This document shows, one piece after another, positions 1-10,056 of a DNA stretch of 63,394 nt. Within the stretch, counting starts at the first letter, position 1. Each line of letters begins with the position of its first letter. Source of the DNA: Patescibacteria group bacterium (lineage in GTDB: Bacteria; Patescibacteriota; Minisyncoccia; Phycocordibacterales; Phycocordibacteraceae). The position numbers were made by a program, and so were the translations under genes. The stretch lies in the NCBI GenBank assembly GCA_038078715.1, contig JBBTSU010000003.1, positions 34,861-98,254 of the forward strand, read 5' to 3'. The notes beneath the pieces were generated by a model, which ran no database searches, had not been told where the DNA came from, and saw only the letters and a program-made list of their open reading frames with translations.

Positions 1-2
1 GA

Positions 3-3000
3 CTTTCATACTCAGGCACATTCGGTGCACTTCTTGGCGGTGCGGCAGGAACACTCTCTCTGAATGCGACTGGCGATTGGACGGGGACCTTTGATGGTAT
101 TGAAGGAGCAAGCTTCCTGCGTTCAGATGCTTCAGATTCATATACGTCCGGTACGCTCACCTTTGATGCAGCAACATCGCTTGATCTTAATACCACCGGA
201 CTTTCTATTGCTGACACTGGTGTTGCGTTTGATGGTGCGTCCACCGACTTTGCGTTCACCGGAGACTTCACTGCCAACACAGACGATCTGATCATTGTTA
301 AATCGACAGGGAATGTGGGCATCGGCACGACGACGCCCGGGACGACACTTTCTGTGCAAGGCACCTCGGGACAATTAACACTCAATTCTACCGGAAGCAC
401 TTTCTCGAGGACTGTATATGCTCATGACGGCGCTTCTATCTGGACAACGGGAACGCGTTCGGGAGACGGTAACGACTATCATATATATAGAGAGAGTGGT
501 TCTGGCGATGTCATTGTTGATTCAGGCAACGTCGGTATCGGTACTACGACACCGCTTGCAAAACTTGATGTATATGGGTCATCAGTCGACGGAATAAGAA
601 GTATTTCTACCACCGCGCTTGGAGTTTCTTCCGGAGGTGGGATCTTTGCACAGAACAACGCCTCCTCAACTGCTGCAGATCAACGATTAGGGGGTTTCTT
701 TACTGGAACAAACATCGACGGTGTAAGCTATGCGACAGCTGGCGTGACTGGTTTTTCTGGTGAGTCGTGGACCCCCACAGCTCGTGGTTCGTACTTACGT
801 TTTGAGACAACAGGATTGGGAGGGACTTCTCGATCAGAACGTATGCGTATTACCGCCGATGGTAACGTCGGTATCGGGACGACGACGCCGAATACGAAAC
901 TTTCTCTCTATGGAGCGGGGGTTGGTCTTAATTACTTCAGTACCAGTTTTGCAGGTATTCAGCTTTATAACAGCGGCAACTCGTTCACGCAGATAGGGAC
1001 CGAGTCGACTTCGGGTGGCGCAATCATAACGGGCGGTCTTGCGAACGCATCTATATTCGGCAGCAATGGTGCAAACGCGACTCAGCTCGCAACTCAGAAC
1101 ACTGCACGGCTCACCATAGATTCTTCCGGTAACGTCGGCATCGGTACCACGACGCCATGGGGGCTTCTTTCCGTAAACCCTAATGCACTTGGAACTGGAG
1201 TCCCGTCATTTGTCATCGGCTCCTCGACGGCAACCAGCTTTATCGTTACCAATGCAGGTAACGTCGGTATCGGACAATTAGCACCCACGCAGAGATTGAA
1301 TGTTCGTTCAGCGGCTTCCGCGTCAAACGTTTTCGTGGTCAGTGGTGCAACAAGTAACGGGACGCTTGCGCGCATCTACGATGATTCAGGTGTCGGCATT
1401 CTGTCCGTCTATGCGACGAGTGAAAACGAGACTGTACGTCTGTACGGTAACGGCAGCAGTTATTTGAACGGCGGCAACGTTGGTATTGCGTCAACATCGC
1501 CATTTGGTCTCCTTTCAATCGAGCAGGGTACCGAGACTGCGTCACTGTGGGTTGGTAACACAGGAAGCACGACGCCATCACTCATGGTACGTGGTGTAAA
1601 CGGGAACGGATTCGTCGGTATAGGCAATGCTACCCCAAGCGAAGAATTGCATATCGGCACCAACACCGCTTCACCAACTGCTGATCCAGTTACTCTCTCA
1701 CTTGGTGCCACATACGGGAATAATACTGCGGGCAATGCAGGAAATCTTAAACTCAAATTATTTGATGATGGTACAAATCGTTACGGACTTGGTATGTCGG
1801 GGAGTATGCTGGAGTATCAAGCCGCAGGAGCGCATGCGTGGTTCCAAAGCGGAACCGAGCGGATGCGTATTGCGACAGGAGGCAATGTTGGCATCAGTAC
1901 TACCACTCCCGCCGGGCTACTTTCTATTGGTGGTAACGTCATTATTGGTGCCTCCACCGCAGGTGGCACGAACGGTACCTTGACCTATGGTGGCGTCACA
2001 CTTGCTAACTCTGTGACGGGCACCGGCTCTATGGTGCTTTCTACGTCCCCAGCCCTCACCACACCAAACCTCGGGACCCCATCCGCCGTTACACTTACCA
2101 ATGGTACGGGCCTCCCAATTTCCACGGGTGTCTCAGGTCTCGGCACAGGGGTCGCTACCTTCCTTGCAACACCATCTACCGCAAACTTTGCTGCCGCAGT
2201 AACGGGAGAGACGGGAAGTGGAGCGGTAGTATTTGGGACGGCACCTACACTCACCACCCTTACCGTTTCCTCAGGTGGTGTTGCGGTCACGGGTAACTCT
2301 ACTATCGTAGGAACCCTCGGCTCACTCACCGGCCTCACCTCATCAGGAACCATTACATTCTCCGGACTTACTGCTGCTCGCGCTGTCTGTACGACAACTG
2401 GTGGTGCACTCACTGTGACCTGTGCTTCATCGGATCTCGCATCATCGCTCTCAGATGAAACTGGTACCGGTTCGGTGGTCTTTAGCGCGAGCCCTCAACT
2501 CACGGGCGACGTGCTTCTTTCAACGACCACCAGTAGTGGCTGGCCGCTCACGGTCTTCTCTTCTACTGAGCCACAACTTTCCCTCTCTTCAGGTGCTGGA
2601 GTCTCTCAGTGGGTATTCCGTAATGCGGGAGGTACGCTCTATCTTGCCACGACCACTGTAGCAGGTACGGCAACCAGTACCGTTCCCGCATTCTCTATTG
2701 GTACCTCCAACACCTTCACCACTGGAGGAAACCTTTCAGTTGGTGGCGGTACTGGAAAGATTACCGTCGGTACTATTGACCCGGTCTACAGTATTGATGG
2801 TGTGAACTATGCGACCTATGTTGCGGGTATGATCGGACAGAAAGAAGAGACGACAGGAACAGCGGACATCACCACACCGACCATTGCAACGGACGGCAGT
2901 ACGGGATACTCTCACACGATTACGTTTGACGAAGAGGACGCAGGAAGTGATTTGTGGCTCTTTTCTCGTGCGACGAACATTCGTGAAAACATAGATCGTC

Positions 3001-3893
3001 TCGTCGTACTTCTTTCAGCGGAAGGAAATACCAAGGTGTGGTACACCGTTGACCGTGCAAACAGAGAGGTGCACCTCCTCTCTGATGTGCCGACTCGCGT
3101 GTCGTACCGCATGACAGCACCCCGCTTTGATTTTGTGAACTGGACGAACTACAACCATGATGCAGTGGATGGGTTCCATCCAACCTGGGACGAAGATGAA
3201 GAATACTTTACTGACTCTAACGTTATTTCATTTGGTACCTTTAACCTCATTTCAGGCACCACCACCCTTGCTACGCTCATAGACACAGCGAACGAAGACG
3301 AAGAGTCGCGTCCGTGGACCGCGTCATTAGCTACAGTGAGTCAGGGTCTCAAAGATGCAATGGAAGACCTTCAGAACTCTGTGGTGCATGCGTTTGAAGG
3401 TGTACAGTATTACGCGGATGGTATCTTTAAGCGCATTTTTGCGGGTGAAGTACATACCGACACACTTTGTATTTCTGACGAAGACGGAGAGACGTGCATC
3501 ACCCGGGAACAATTGAAAGCATTGCTTGCGGGAGCAGGAGCTGCACCTGCGGCAACCCCAACTACTGGAGGAAGTGAATCCGATTCTTCAGGCGGTGGGT
3601 CATCAGATGAGACGTCGGATTCCGACCCTGGAGACACGGGTGGCGATACAGATCAGAACACAAACGGAGAGGGGGGTGATACTGGAGACAGCAGCAGCGG
3701 TGAGGTCGGGGGAGATACATCGGGAAATCCTGGAGAAGATTCAAGCGGTGATAGTGGGGTCGGTGGGTCTTCGGGAGGTGATACGGGAGGATCAGACGGA
3801 GGCGGAGATAGCGGCGGAAATACGACCTCAGGCGACAGCTCCGGAGGTGACGCTGGTTCTTCAGGGGGAGATTCAAGTGGCGGTGGAGTGTAA
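3..3893 (+). CDS. Giant low-complexity surface / phage tail-fibre-like repeat protein, 5' partial
   Basis: The frame of ORF 315..3893 is open back to base 3 (LSYSGTFG...DGIEGASFLRSDASD...). It has many GNVGIGTT repeats, a TPNLGTPSAVTLTNGTGLPISTGVSGLGTGVATFLATPS block, a C-terminal IDPVYSIDG..YATY domain, an LCISDEDGETCITREQL motif and a G/S/D-rich tail. Confidence 0.85.
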   Translation, partial: LSYSGTFGALLGGAAGTLSLNATGDWTGTFDGIEGASFLRSDASDSYTSGTLTFDAATSLDLNTTGLSIADTGVAFDGASTDFAFTGDFTANTDDLIIVKSTGNVGIGTTTPGTTLSVQGTSGQLTLNSTGSTFSRTVYAHDGASIWTTGTRSGDGNDYHIYRESGSGDVIVDSGNVGIGTTTPLAKLDVYGSSVDGIRSISTTALGVSSGGGIFAQNNASSTAADQRLGGFFTGTNIDGVSYATAGVTGFSGESWTPTARGSYLRFETTGLGGTSRSERMRITADGNVGIGTTTPNTKLSLYGAGVGLNYFSTSFAGIQLYNSGNSFTQIGTESTSGGAIITGGLANASIFGSNGANATQLATQNTARLTIDSSGNVGIGTTTPWGLLSVNPNALGTGVPSFVIGSSTATSFIVTNAGNVGIGQLAPTQRLNVRSAASASNVFVVSGATSNGTLARIYDDSGVGILSVYATSENETVRLYGNGSSYLNGGNVGIASTSPFGLLSIEQGTETASLWVGNTGSTTPSLMVRGVNGNGFVGIGNATPSEELHIGTNTASPTADPVTLSLGATYGNNTAGNAGNLKLKLFDDGTNRYGLGMSGSMLEYQAAGAHAWFQSGTERMRIATGGNVGISTTTPAGLLSIGGNVIIGASTAGGTNGTLTYGGVTLANSVTGTGSMVLSTSPALTTPNLGTPSAVTLTNGTGLPISTGVSGLGTGVATFLATPSTANFAAAVTGETGSGAVVFGTAPTLTTLTVSSGGVAVTGNSTIVGTLGSLTGLTSSGTITFSGLTAARAVCTTTGGALTVTCASSDLASSLSDETGTGSVVFSASPQLTGDVLLSTTTSSGWPLTVFSSTEPQLSLSSGAGVSQWVFRNAGGTLYLATTTVAGTATSTVPAFSIGTSNTFTTGGNLSVGGGTGKITVGTIDPVYSIDGVNYATYVAGMIGQKEETTGTADITTPTIATDGSTGYSHTITFDEEDAGSDLWLFSRATNIRENIDRLVVLLSAEGNTKVWYTVDRANREVHLLSDVPTRVSYRMTAPRFDFVNWTNYNHDAVDGFHPTWDEDEEYFTDSNVISFGTFNLISGTTTLATLIDTANEDEESRPWTASLATVSQGLKDAMEDLQNSVVHAFEGVQYYADGIFKRIFAGEVHTDTLCISDEDGETCITREQLKALLAGAGAAPAATPTTGGSESDSSGGGSSDETSDSDPGDTGGDTDQNTNGEGGDTGDSSSGEVGGDTSGNPGEDSSGDSGVGGSSGGDTGGSDGGGDSGGNTTSGDSSGGDAGSSGGDSSGGGV

Positions 3894-3959
3894 GGTGGCT
3901 GCGATCACCACGGTGTATTTTTCTTTGATATACTAGAACATAAGTACTTGCGGACTACT

Positions 3960-6482
3960 ATGACATCTCGTGTCATCACCATTCTTTTACTATCACTGGT
4001 TTATGTTGTTTCTGTGCCGTCTGCGGTCGCACAGGAGGGATTTCTCTCAGAAACGCTCAAGCGTGGAGATACTGGTGAGCAGGTTCGCGTATTACAGACA
4101 TGGTTTGCACGTGATCCAGAGCTTTATCCGGAAGGGGTAATCAATGGAATATTTGGGCCCGCAACTGAAGCTGCAGTCAAACGTTATCAGGAACGGGCGG
4201 GGATGATTCTTATATTCCCGACGGGTGAGAGCACCTACGGCGTGGTCGGGCCGATGACCAGAGCAAATTTGAATGCTGAATTCTCTATGAATCGTGGTGG
4301 TGTCGCCGTCGTTGAAGGGGGATATGACAACGCGCGTATCTTTGATGGAGACACCTTCGTACCGCTCGCCCCAGCACTAGCAAGTGATGCGGGAGCGAGT
4401 TCGGAGGTTAACGTGTGGGTCTATCCTGTTGCACTTTCTGAGCGTCCCACGCTTCTGCTTAAGAATGAGAGCGGATATGCGGTGGGGTCTCAAGAATCAG
4501 GGAGGATCTATGTTGAAACTTCCACTCATCGCGCGATTACCCGACGCGCATATCTTATGCCGGGCACCTGGCAGCATCTCTCGGTTCGCATCACCGAAGA
4601 TCGTGCCTCCTTCCTCTATGACAACGAAATAGTAGAGACGGTTTCGCTCTCAAGAGTATATTCTTCTTTCTTCAGCATGTTCTTTGATCGACTTGGCAAC
4701 ATGTTTGGTGTGCCGGAGGTCCAGGAACAAAAGCGCAGCGTGTTCACTCTTTTCGGATCATTCTTTAGCACTATATTCGGTATTCCCCAGCAGTCAGAGT
4801 TGCCTGCGCCCACTGTATTTGTGCCCGAGACGACGACGCTCCCTCCTGTGGTCTCCACTACCACATCAGAGTCAGAGACCGTTCCTACGTCTGTGCCGGC
4901 TGTGCCACCTACTATTGGGGGGCCACTTCCTCCACTTGTGACTGCACCTCTCATAAGCACAAGTACCGAGACGACGGCAACCACTACTACCGCAACCACT
5001 ACTACCGCAACCTCTACTGTTCCAACGAAGACGACGTCCGTAACGACGGGGAGTACAGGCGCAAATACCAAACCAGTACTCACCCTTGAGGGCGGTGCCG
5101 CAGTCTCAATAGAGATTGGAAACCCCTATAATGATCCTGGAGTAATCGCACAGGATGCCGAGGAGGGAGATATCTCAAGTGAGGTTGTGGTTGGAGGGGA
5201 AGAAGTCGACCACACTACTCCGGGCGACTATACGATCATCTACAGTGTTGTAGATTCAGGCGGACTTGCGGCAACAGAGATCACACGGGTCGTGACCGTC
5301 TTACCGCCTGATGAAATATCCGAGGACGCACAGGAACCAGACTATCCTCTCACTGCTGCAGGCCAGAGTGTTGCATACAAAGTTTCTTCCGGGACAGGCG
5401 CCGATCCGACATTCGTTTCTATTACTATTGACCCCTTGCATGTGTATGTAGGGCAAACTCAGACCTTTACCGTTAAAGTGTCGTCTCCTGACGGCGTAGA
5501 GTCTGTCACTGCGGTGACGGAGCTCGACAGCACCACGTTAGAGCTTGAACTAGAGAAAATAAGTGAATCGGGCACGACCGCGACATTCGAGACGTCATGG
5601 GTAGTGTATGACACGCACGTGGATACGTACCGTACCGAGTTCACAGCGGTATCAAATTCAGGTTCAGGAAACTCTATGACCATGGCGTGGTCAGACCCAT
5701 GCTCAGGCATTACACAGGGGTCGGCCTCGTCACTCTCGGCCAATTGTACGGTTTCTAATGTGTATGGACTTGACGGGGGTAATCTCACTGTCCCGGGCGG
5801 TATCACCCTGACGATCAATTCGGGAGGCACGTGGGGATGGAACCCAGGTACCACTATTACCGTTGACGGTGCGATTTCAACTGGCACGGGCGGACAACTT
5901 AAGAAAGGGTATCTTTTCTATCAAGACTGTTCGGGGTGTGTGGATACCAATACTATGCACTGGTTCTCGTCGACTCCACAGACTGGGTACACTCGTGCGA
6001 GCACGTATTCCCAAGGGTCGTACTACAGCGAACCTTCGTACTACAGCGAACCTTCGTATTGTTTCGCACCAGAGACCCTCGTGCTCATGGCTGATGGTTC
6101 ACGCAAAGCTATCAGCGAGATCGTGCTCGGCGATCTCGTCATGGGACAAAGTGCAGATGGTACGCGCCGGCCCAATGTAGTCACGAAGCTCTTTGTCCAC
6201 GAGTCTACGGTGACAGGAGAACTATTTGATACTCTGCGTATTAATGACTTGATTACTGCGACACCTGAACATCCAATGATGACGACACGGGGTATCGTTT
6301 CTGCAGGCTCGCTTGTCGTGGGAGACACCCTTATCGGACGTATGGATGAGGTATCAGTGACGACGATAGAGCGTGGTCCTACGCTACCTACGGTCCACAA
6401 CCTAACGGTCTATCCTGATCATACGTATTTCGCCGAAGATTTATTGGTGCATAACAAAGGCATGCACGGATTGCCGCCATGA
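3960..6482 (+). CDS. Secreted multidomain protein: peptidoglycan-binding domain, LamG-like segment, Thr-rich linker, DUF5011/HYR-like Ig domain, C-terminal Hint domain
   Basis: Signal peptide; LKRGDTGEQVRVLQ..GIFGPATEAAVKRYQ (PG_binding_1-like); KPVLTLEG..YNDPGVIAQDAEEGDIS (DUF5011-like); CFAPETLV..TATPEHP..VHNLTV..LLVHNK (Hint). ATG at 3960 preferred over TTG at 3948. Confidence 0.85.
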   Translation: MTSRVITILLLSLVYVVSVPSAVAQEGFLSETLKRGDTGEQVRVLQTWFARDPELYPEGVINGIFGPATEAAVKRYQERAGMILIFPTGESTYGVVGPMTRANLNAEFSMNRGGVAVVEGGYDNARIFDGDTFVPLAPALASDAGASSEVNVWVYPVALSERPTLLLKNESGYAVGSQESGRIYVETSTHRAITRRAYLMPGTWQHLSVRITEDRASFLYDNEIVETVSLSRVYSSFFSMFFDRLGNMFGVPEVQEQKRSVFTLFGSFFSTIFGIPQQSELPAPTVFVPETTTLPPVVSTTTSESETVPTSVPAVPPTIGGPLPPLVTAPLISTSTETTATTTTATTTTATSTVPTKTTSVTTGSTGANTKPVLTLEGGAAVSIEIGNPYNDPGVIAQDAEEGDISSEVVVGGEEVDHTTPGDYTIIYSVVDSGGLAATEITRVVTVLPPDEISEDAQEPDYPLTAAGQSVAYKVSSGTGADPTFVSITIDPLHVYVGQTQTFTVKVSSPDGVESVTAVTELDSTTLELELEKISESGTTATFETSWVVYDTHVDTYRTEFTAVSNSGSGNSMTMAWSDPCSGITQGSASSLSANCTVSNVYGLDGGNLTVPGGITLTINSGGTWGWNPGTTITVDGAISTGTGGQLKKGYLFYQDCSGCVDTNTMHWFSSTPQTGYTRASTYSQGSYYSEPSYYSEPSYCFAPETLVLMADGSRKAISEIVLGDLVMGQSADGTRRPNVVTKLFVHESTVTGELFDTLRINDLITATPEHPMMTTRGIVSAGSLVVGDTLIGRMDEVSVTTIERGPTLPTVHNLTVYPDHTYFAEDLLVHNKGMHGLPP
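6021..6056 (+). repeat. Exact 18-bp tandem duplication encoding YYSEPS x2
   Basis: tactacagcgaaccttcg at 6021-6038 and 6039-6056, just before the Hint Cys codon (6060-6062). Confidence 0.95.
6060..6455 (+). other. Hint (intein-like / BIL-type) autoprocessing domain
   Basis: Block A C-F-A-P-E-T, block B T-P-E-H, block F VHNLTV..HTYF, block G V-H-N, followed by Lys rather than Cys/Ser/Thr. Confidence 0.85.
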
Positions 6483-7732
6483 TTTCGTTGGTTCGTCGGC
6501 TTGATTCTATACATAGATCTCGTCTTTTCCTTATTGTGCTGCTTGTCGTCGTGTGTGGGGTAGTGTCCCTTCTGATTCGATTTGGGGAGCCCCTCTTCTA
6601 TCCTGAGGTAACCGAGCTCTCTTCTTCGTCATGGAGCGCAGACGCATATGCTGGCTACCTTACCGATCTCGCAAAGCGCAAAGGAGCAGTGTATGCGTTC
6701 GCGGTGTTGTACAAAGCGTCGTTTCCATTTGGAATTGACACGCATGTGCTCGGGCATCGCATTGGGTATGTACTGTACGATGAGCGCGGCAGTGAGGCGA
6801 TTCGTTACTGTACAGAGACCTATCGTGATGATGCATGCGTGCATGCGGTCGTCATTCAAGAATACGTCACACAAGGACGTGCCGCGCTTACTACCCTTGC
6901 CGCCGCATGCGAAAGTATCCCGCGCGGCACCTCTGGATATGCCGATTGCTTCCACGGCATTGGGCACGGCATTCTTGCGTACCTTGAATATGATTATGAA
7001 ACGACGATTGTGGAGTGTAAGGCAGTTGGGGAGGCAGCGACGGGAGCGGACCCTATGACGGATCATCAGGCGCAGTTTGTATGGAAGCAGTGTGTAGACG
7101 GGGCGACCATGGAACTTATGCAAGGTCTTCATGACCAAGAGGCGTGGTCTAAGGCCATTCCTACTTATATGCCGGAGGATGATCTGCGGATGCCCTGTAA
7201 CGCATCGTATGTGCCCGCTGAGGTGCGTGGCTCCTGCTACATTTATGTACGACCTCGTATGCTCAGGGCCGCGGGGATTGCAGCAGACGAGTATACGTTT
7301 GATCAGAAGAAATATACGAAGGCACTCGCATACTGTGAGATGATTCCTGAGGAACTAGATCGGAAAACGTGCTACGGAGGATTCGGTATGCAGTTTGTGT
7401 ATTCAGTAAACGGGAATGACAATCGCACCTTTGGAGAACTTTCGCTTCCTGCGCTTACGACGGTCCATGAGCTTTGTGCACTCGCGTCTTTTGAAGGGAG
7501 GAGTGCCTGTATCGCTACTGCGGCAGAAACGATTCTTGGTAGGAGTAGAGATGTTGAGACTGTCAGCACATTTTGTGGTCTCACCGAGGATGCGGTGCTA
7601 CAAGACCGCTGCTACACCGCTGCCATCGGACTCATCAAGCAGTATGTGCCCAATGCCACTGTGTATCCTTTTTGTGCGATCGTTCCTCATACGTATTGGC
7701 TCCTCTGTCAGGAGGCGCTGAATAGTCCCTAA
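6479..7732 (+). CDS. Membrane-anchored His/Cys-rich helical-repeat protein, paralogue 1
   Basis: N-terminal TM; motifs THVLGHRIG, ACVH, CFHGIGHG, CVDGATME; ATGA overlap with the Hint gene. Confidence 0.8.
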   Translation: MISLVRRLDSIHRSRLFLIVLLVVVCGVVSLLIRFGEPLFYPEVTELSSSSWSADAYAGYLTDLAKRKGAVYAFAVLYKASFPFGIDTHVLGHRIGYVLYDERGSEAIRYCTETYRDDACVHAVVIQEYVTQGRAALTTLAAACESIPRGTSGYADCFHGIGHGILAYLEYDYETTIVECKAVGEAATGADPMTDHQAQFVWKQCVDGATMELMQGLHDQEAWSKAIPTYMPEDDLRMPCNASYVPAEVRGSCYIYVRPRMLRAAGIAADEYTFDQKKYTKALAYCEMIPEELDRKTCYGGFGMQFVYSVNGNDNRTFGELSLPALTTVHELCALASFEGRSACIATAAETILGRSRDVETVSTFCGLTEDAVLQDRCYTAAIGLIKQYVPNATVYPFCAIVPHTYWLLCQEALNSP

Positions 7733-7737
7733 GTCGT

Positions 7738-8838
7738 ATGTTGCGCGCTGTATTTTTGATGATTGGGGTGCTTATGATAGTTGGAGCCTTCATACTCCCG
7801 CCGCAGCCAGCGTATGGTCCTTATACGTGGGCTGACCTCATTTCATTCTCGGATTACAGATCACAAAGTGTGCCAGAGATTGTCGTAGACAATAAAGAGA
7901 CACTACGTATGCTCTATCAGCTGGGGATCAAGGAAACCATGCGCAAGGTTGCGCAGGATCCGGCATACGAGCGTGATGACTCCGCCTGTCATGGTGCAGC
8001 GCATGTGGTGGGGCGAATGGCATTTAATCTCATGGGAGTGGATGCACTTGCTGCCTGCACGACGCAGTGTTTTTCAGGCTGCATCCACGGTGCATTGCAA
8101 GGAATGGGTGTAAGAAGCAGCGGGAGTATTGACGCGCTGGTAGATGACATTCGTGTACTTTGTAGTGAACTTCCAACTGTATTCGAGCGCAGCGAGTGTA
8201 TTCACGGTGCAGGACATGGCTTACTACTCTTTGCAAACTATGAGCGTGATGATGCGCTTGCAGCGTGCCGACTTCTAAGGACGCGAGAGGATATCAACGA
8301 TTGTTACACCGGGGTGTTTATGGAGAACCTCATCGGAGACGGCAGTGAGGAGCGATTCACTGATGATTTGCACTACCCATGTAATGAGTATAAGGATCCA
8401 GCAGTGGTAGAGGCTTGTTATCGACTTCAGCCAAGTAGATTCATTGAGGCTCATGGCAACGTTACTGAGGCACGCGCAGAATGCATGCGTGCACCTGCAC
8501 AGGCTGCCTGCTTCATGCGTCTGGGACAGCTCTCGGGTGCAGATACCGAGAACCCGCCCGCTGCCACTGAAGCGTTTTGCGCGACAGTTCCTCTTCAATT
8601 CTATGACGACTGCATCCTTGGTGGGTTTCGCCAAGTCATTCGTGTCAACGGTATCGATACTACTGGCACGGCAGCTGGATTCTGTCGTGCACTTACCAAT
8701 CCAGAAGGGAAGCGTCTGTGCTATGAACAATATGCCGAAGAATTGCCAGATCTCTTCAACGATCGTGAGACACAGCATTCACTCTGTGCGCTCTTTGAAG
8801 CACCTTACGATGTATCCTGTCTCGCTCAGAATGACTAA
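7738..8838 (+). CDS. His/Cys-rich protein, paralogue 2
   Basis: N-terminal hydrophobic segment; CHGAAHVVG, CFSGCIHG, CIHGAGHG, CYTGVFME. Confidence 0.8.
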   Translation: MLRAVFLMIGVLMIVGAFILPPQPAYGPYTWADLISFSDYRSQSVPEIVVDNKETLRMLYQLGIKETMRKVAQDPAYERDDSACHGAAHVVGRMAFNLMGVDALAACTTQCFSGCIHGALQGMGVRSSGSIDALVDDIRVLCSELPTVFERSECIHGAGHGLLLFANYERDDALAACRLLRTREDINDCYTGVFMENLIGDGSEERFTDDLHYPCNEYKDPAVVEACYRLQPSRFIEAHGNVTEARAECMRAPAQAACFMRLGQLSGADTENPPAATEAFCATVPLQFYDDCILGGFRQVIRVNGIDTTGTAAGFCRALTNPEGKRLCYEQYAEELPDLFNDRETQHSLCALFEAPYDVSCLAQND

Positions 8839-8868
8839 GTGGCAACAATAGGTGCCTAAGGCTACAAT

Positions 8869-10053
8869 TTGACTATGCGCATCTTGCTCATTCTCGCTGG
8901 ACTCATGTTGGGGGTCGCGGTCCTCATGACCGTGAATTCCTCGTCAGTTTCATATCCAGAAGTGCGTGAACTTGCGCAACATGACACGGACTCTTTCCAA
9001 GAACTCTCTACGTATTTTCGGAAACTCGCAGAGCTAAAGGGTGCACCCTATGCATTTGAAGTGCTCATGCGTGCGCCGCTTCCTCCAGATACTGATCCGC
9101 ATCTGCTGGGACATATTATTGGTGATGTACTCTACGCGCAGAAGGGGATAGATGGCATTGCGTTGTGTACGGATGATTTTCGCAATGCCTGTTCGCACTC
9201 GGTAGTGATTGGGATCCTCACTGAGCATGGCGAAGGATCACTCCCTCTTGTCGCGGAAACCTGTCGTCAGGCACCTGGGGGAACAGGCGCGTACACGATG
9301 TGTTATCACGGTCTTGGACATGGGGTGCTTGCCTATGTCGGCTACGATCTTGAGCGCGCTGTCGCCATGTGCAAACTCACCGGGACGATAGAATACCGCG
9401 ACCAAGAATATACGGAATGTGTGGGCGGGACGATTATGGAGATGATTGCGGGCATTCACGATCCACTCGCATGGGAACAGCAAGTTACGAAGTATTTTAA
9501 GGATGATGATCCGCTGTATCCGTGTGATGCGTCATTCATGCCAGAGGTGGCTCGTGAACGATGTTATACCTATCTGACGCCCCATTTGTTTACGGCAGCA
9601 GACCTTACTCCTTCAGGTGCTGGTCCCCATGACTATCGGAACGCCTTTGCATTCTGTGATGCGATTCCTCTTCGTCGTACAGACTTGCGTGAGGCGTGCA
9701 ATGGCGGTTTTGGTAAGGAGTTTGTTGCACTTGTGAAAGATCGCGATATTCGCACCATCGGTACCATGGACGAGGCGAGCGTGAAAAACGTTCGTGCCTG
9801 GTGCGCGCATGCAGGGAGTGAAGAGGGAGAAGCAGCTTGCGCGCGCCATGCACTCGCGTCTCTTTTCTGGGGAGGGGAGAGTGAGCCCGACGCGGCGTTC
9901 CTTTTCTGTGAAGTGGCAGAGGGGACGTCACAGACGCGCTGCTATCAGGAACTTAGTGGACACATCGCCTACTATCTTTCCGGTACGCTCTATGGGCAAA
10001 CGCTCTGCGCGCGGCTGCCGGAGGCGTTCCAGAAACCGTGCGGTATCCTCTAG
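8869..10053 (+). CDS. His/Cys-rich protein, paralogue 3 (closest to paralogue 1)
   Basis: PHLLGHIIG, ACSH, CYHGLGHG, CVGGTIME; shares the YPEV.EL N-terminal segment with paralogue 1. Confidence 0.8.
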   Translation: MTMRILLILAGLMLGVAVLMTVNSSSVSYPEVRELAQHDTDSFQELSTYFRKLAELKGAPYAFEVLMRAPLPPDTDPHLLGHIIGDVLYAQKGIDGIALCTDDFRNACSHSVVIGILTEHGEGSLPLVAETCRQAPGGTGAYTMCYHGLGHGVLAYVGYDLERAVAMCKLTGTIEYRDQEYTECVGGTIMEMIAGIHDPLAWEQQVTKYFKDDDPLYPCDASFMPEVARERCYTYLTPHLFTAADLTPSGAGPHDYRNAFAFCDAIPLRRTDLREACNGGFGKEFVALVKDRDIRTIGTMDEASVKNVRAWCAHAGSEEGEAACARHALASLFWGGESEPDAAFLFCEVAEGTSQTRCYQELSGHIAYYLSGTLYGQTLCARLPEAFQKPCGIL

Positions 10054-10056
10054 AAT

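Noticed and set aside
1-3893. Prophage, based on the tail-fibre-like protein
   Set aside because: No capsid, terminase, portal or integrase genes; neighbours are envelope and housekeeping genes.
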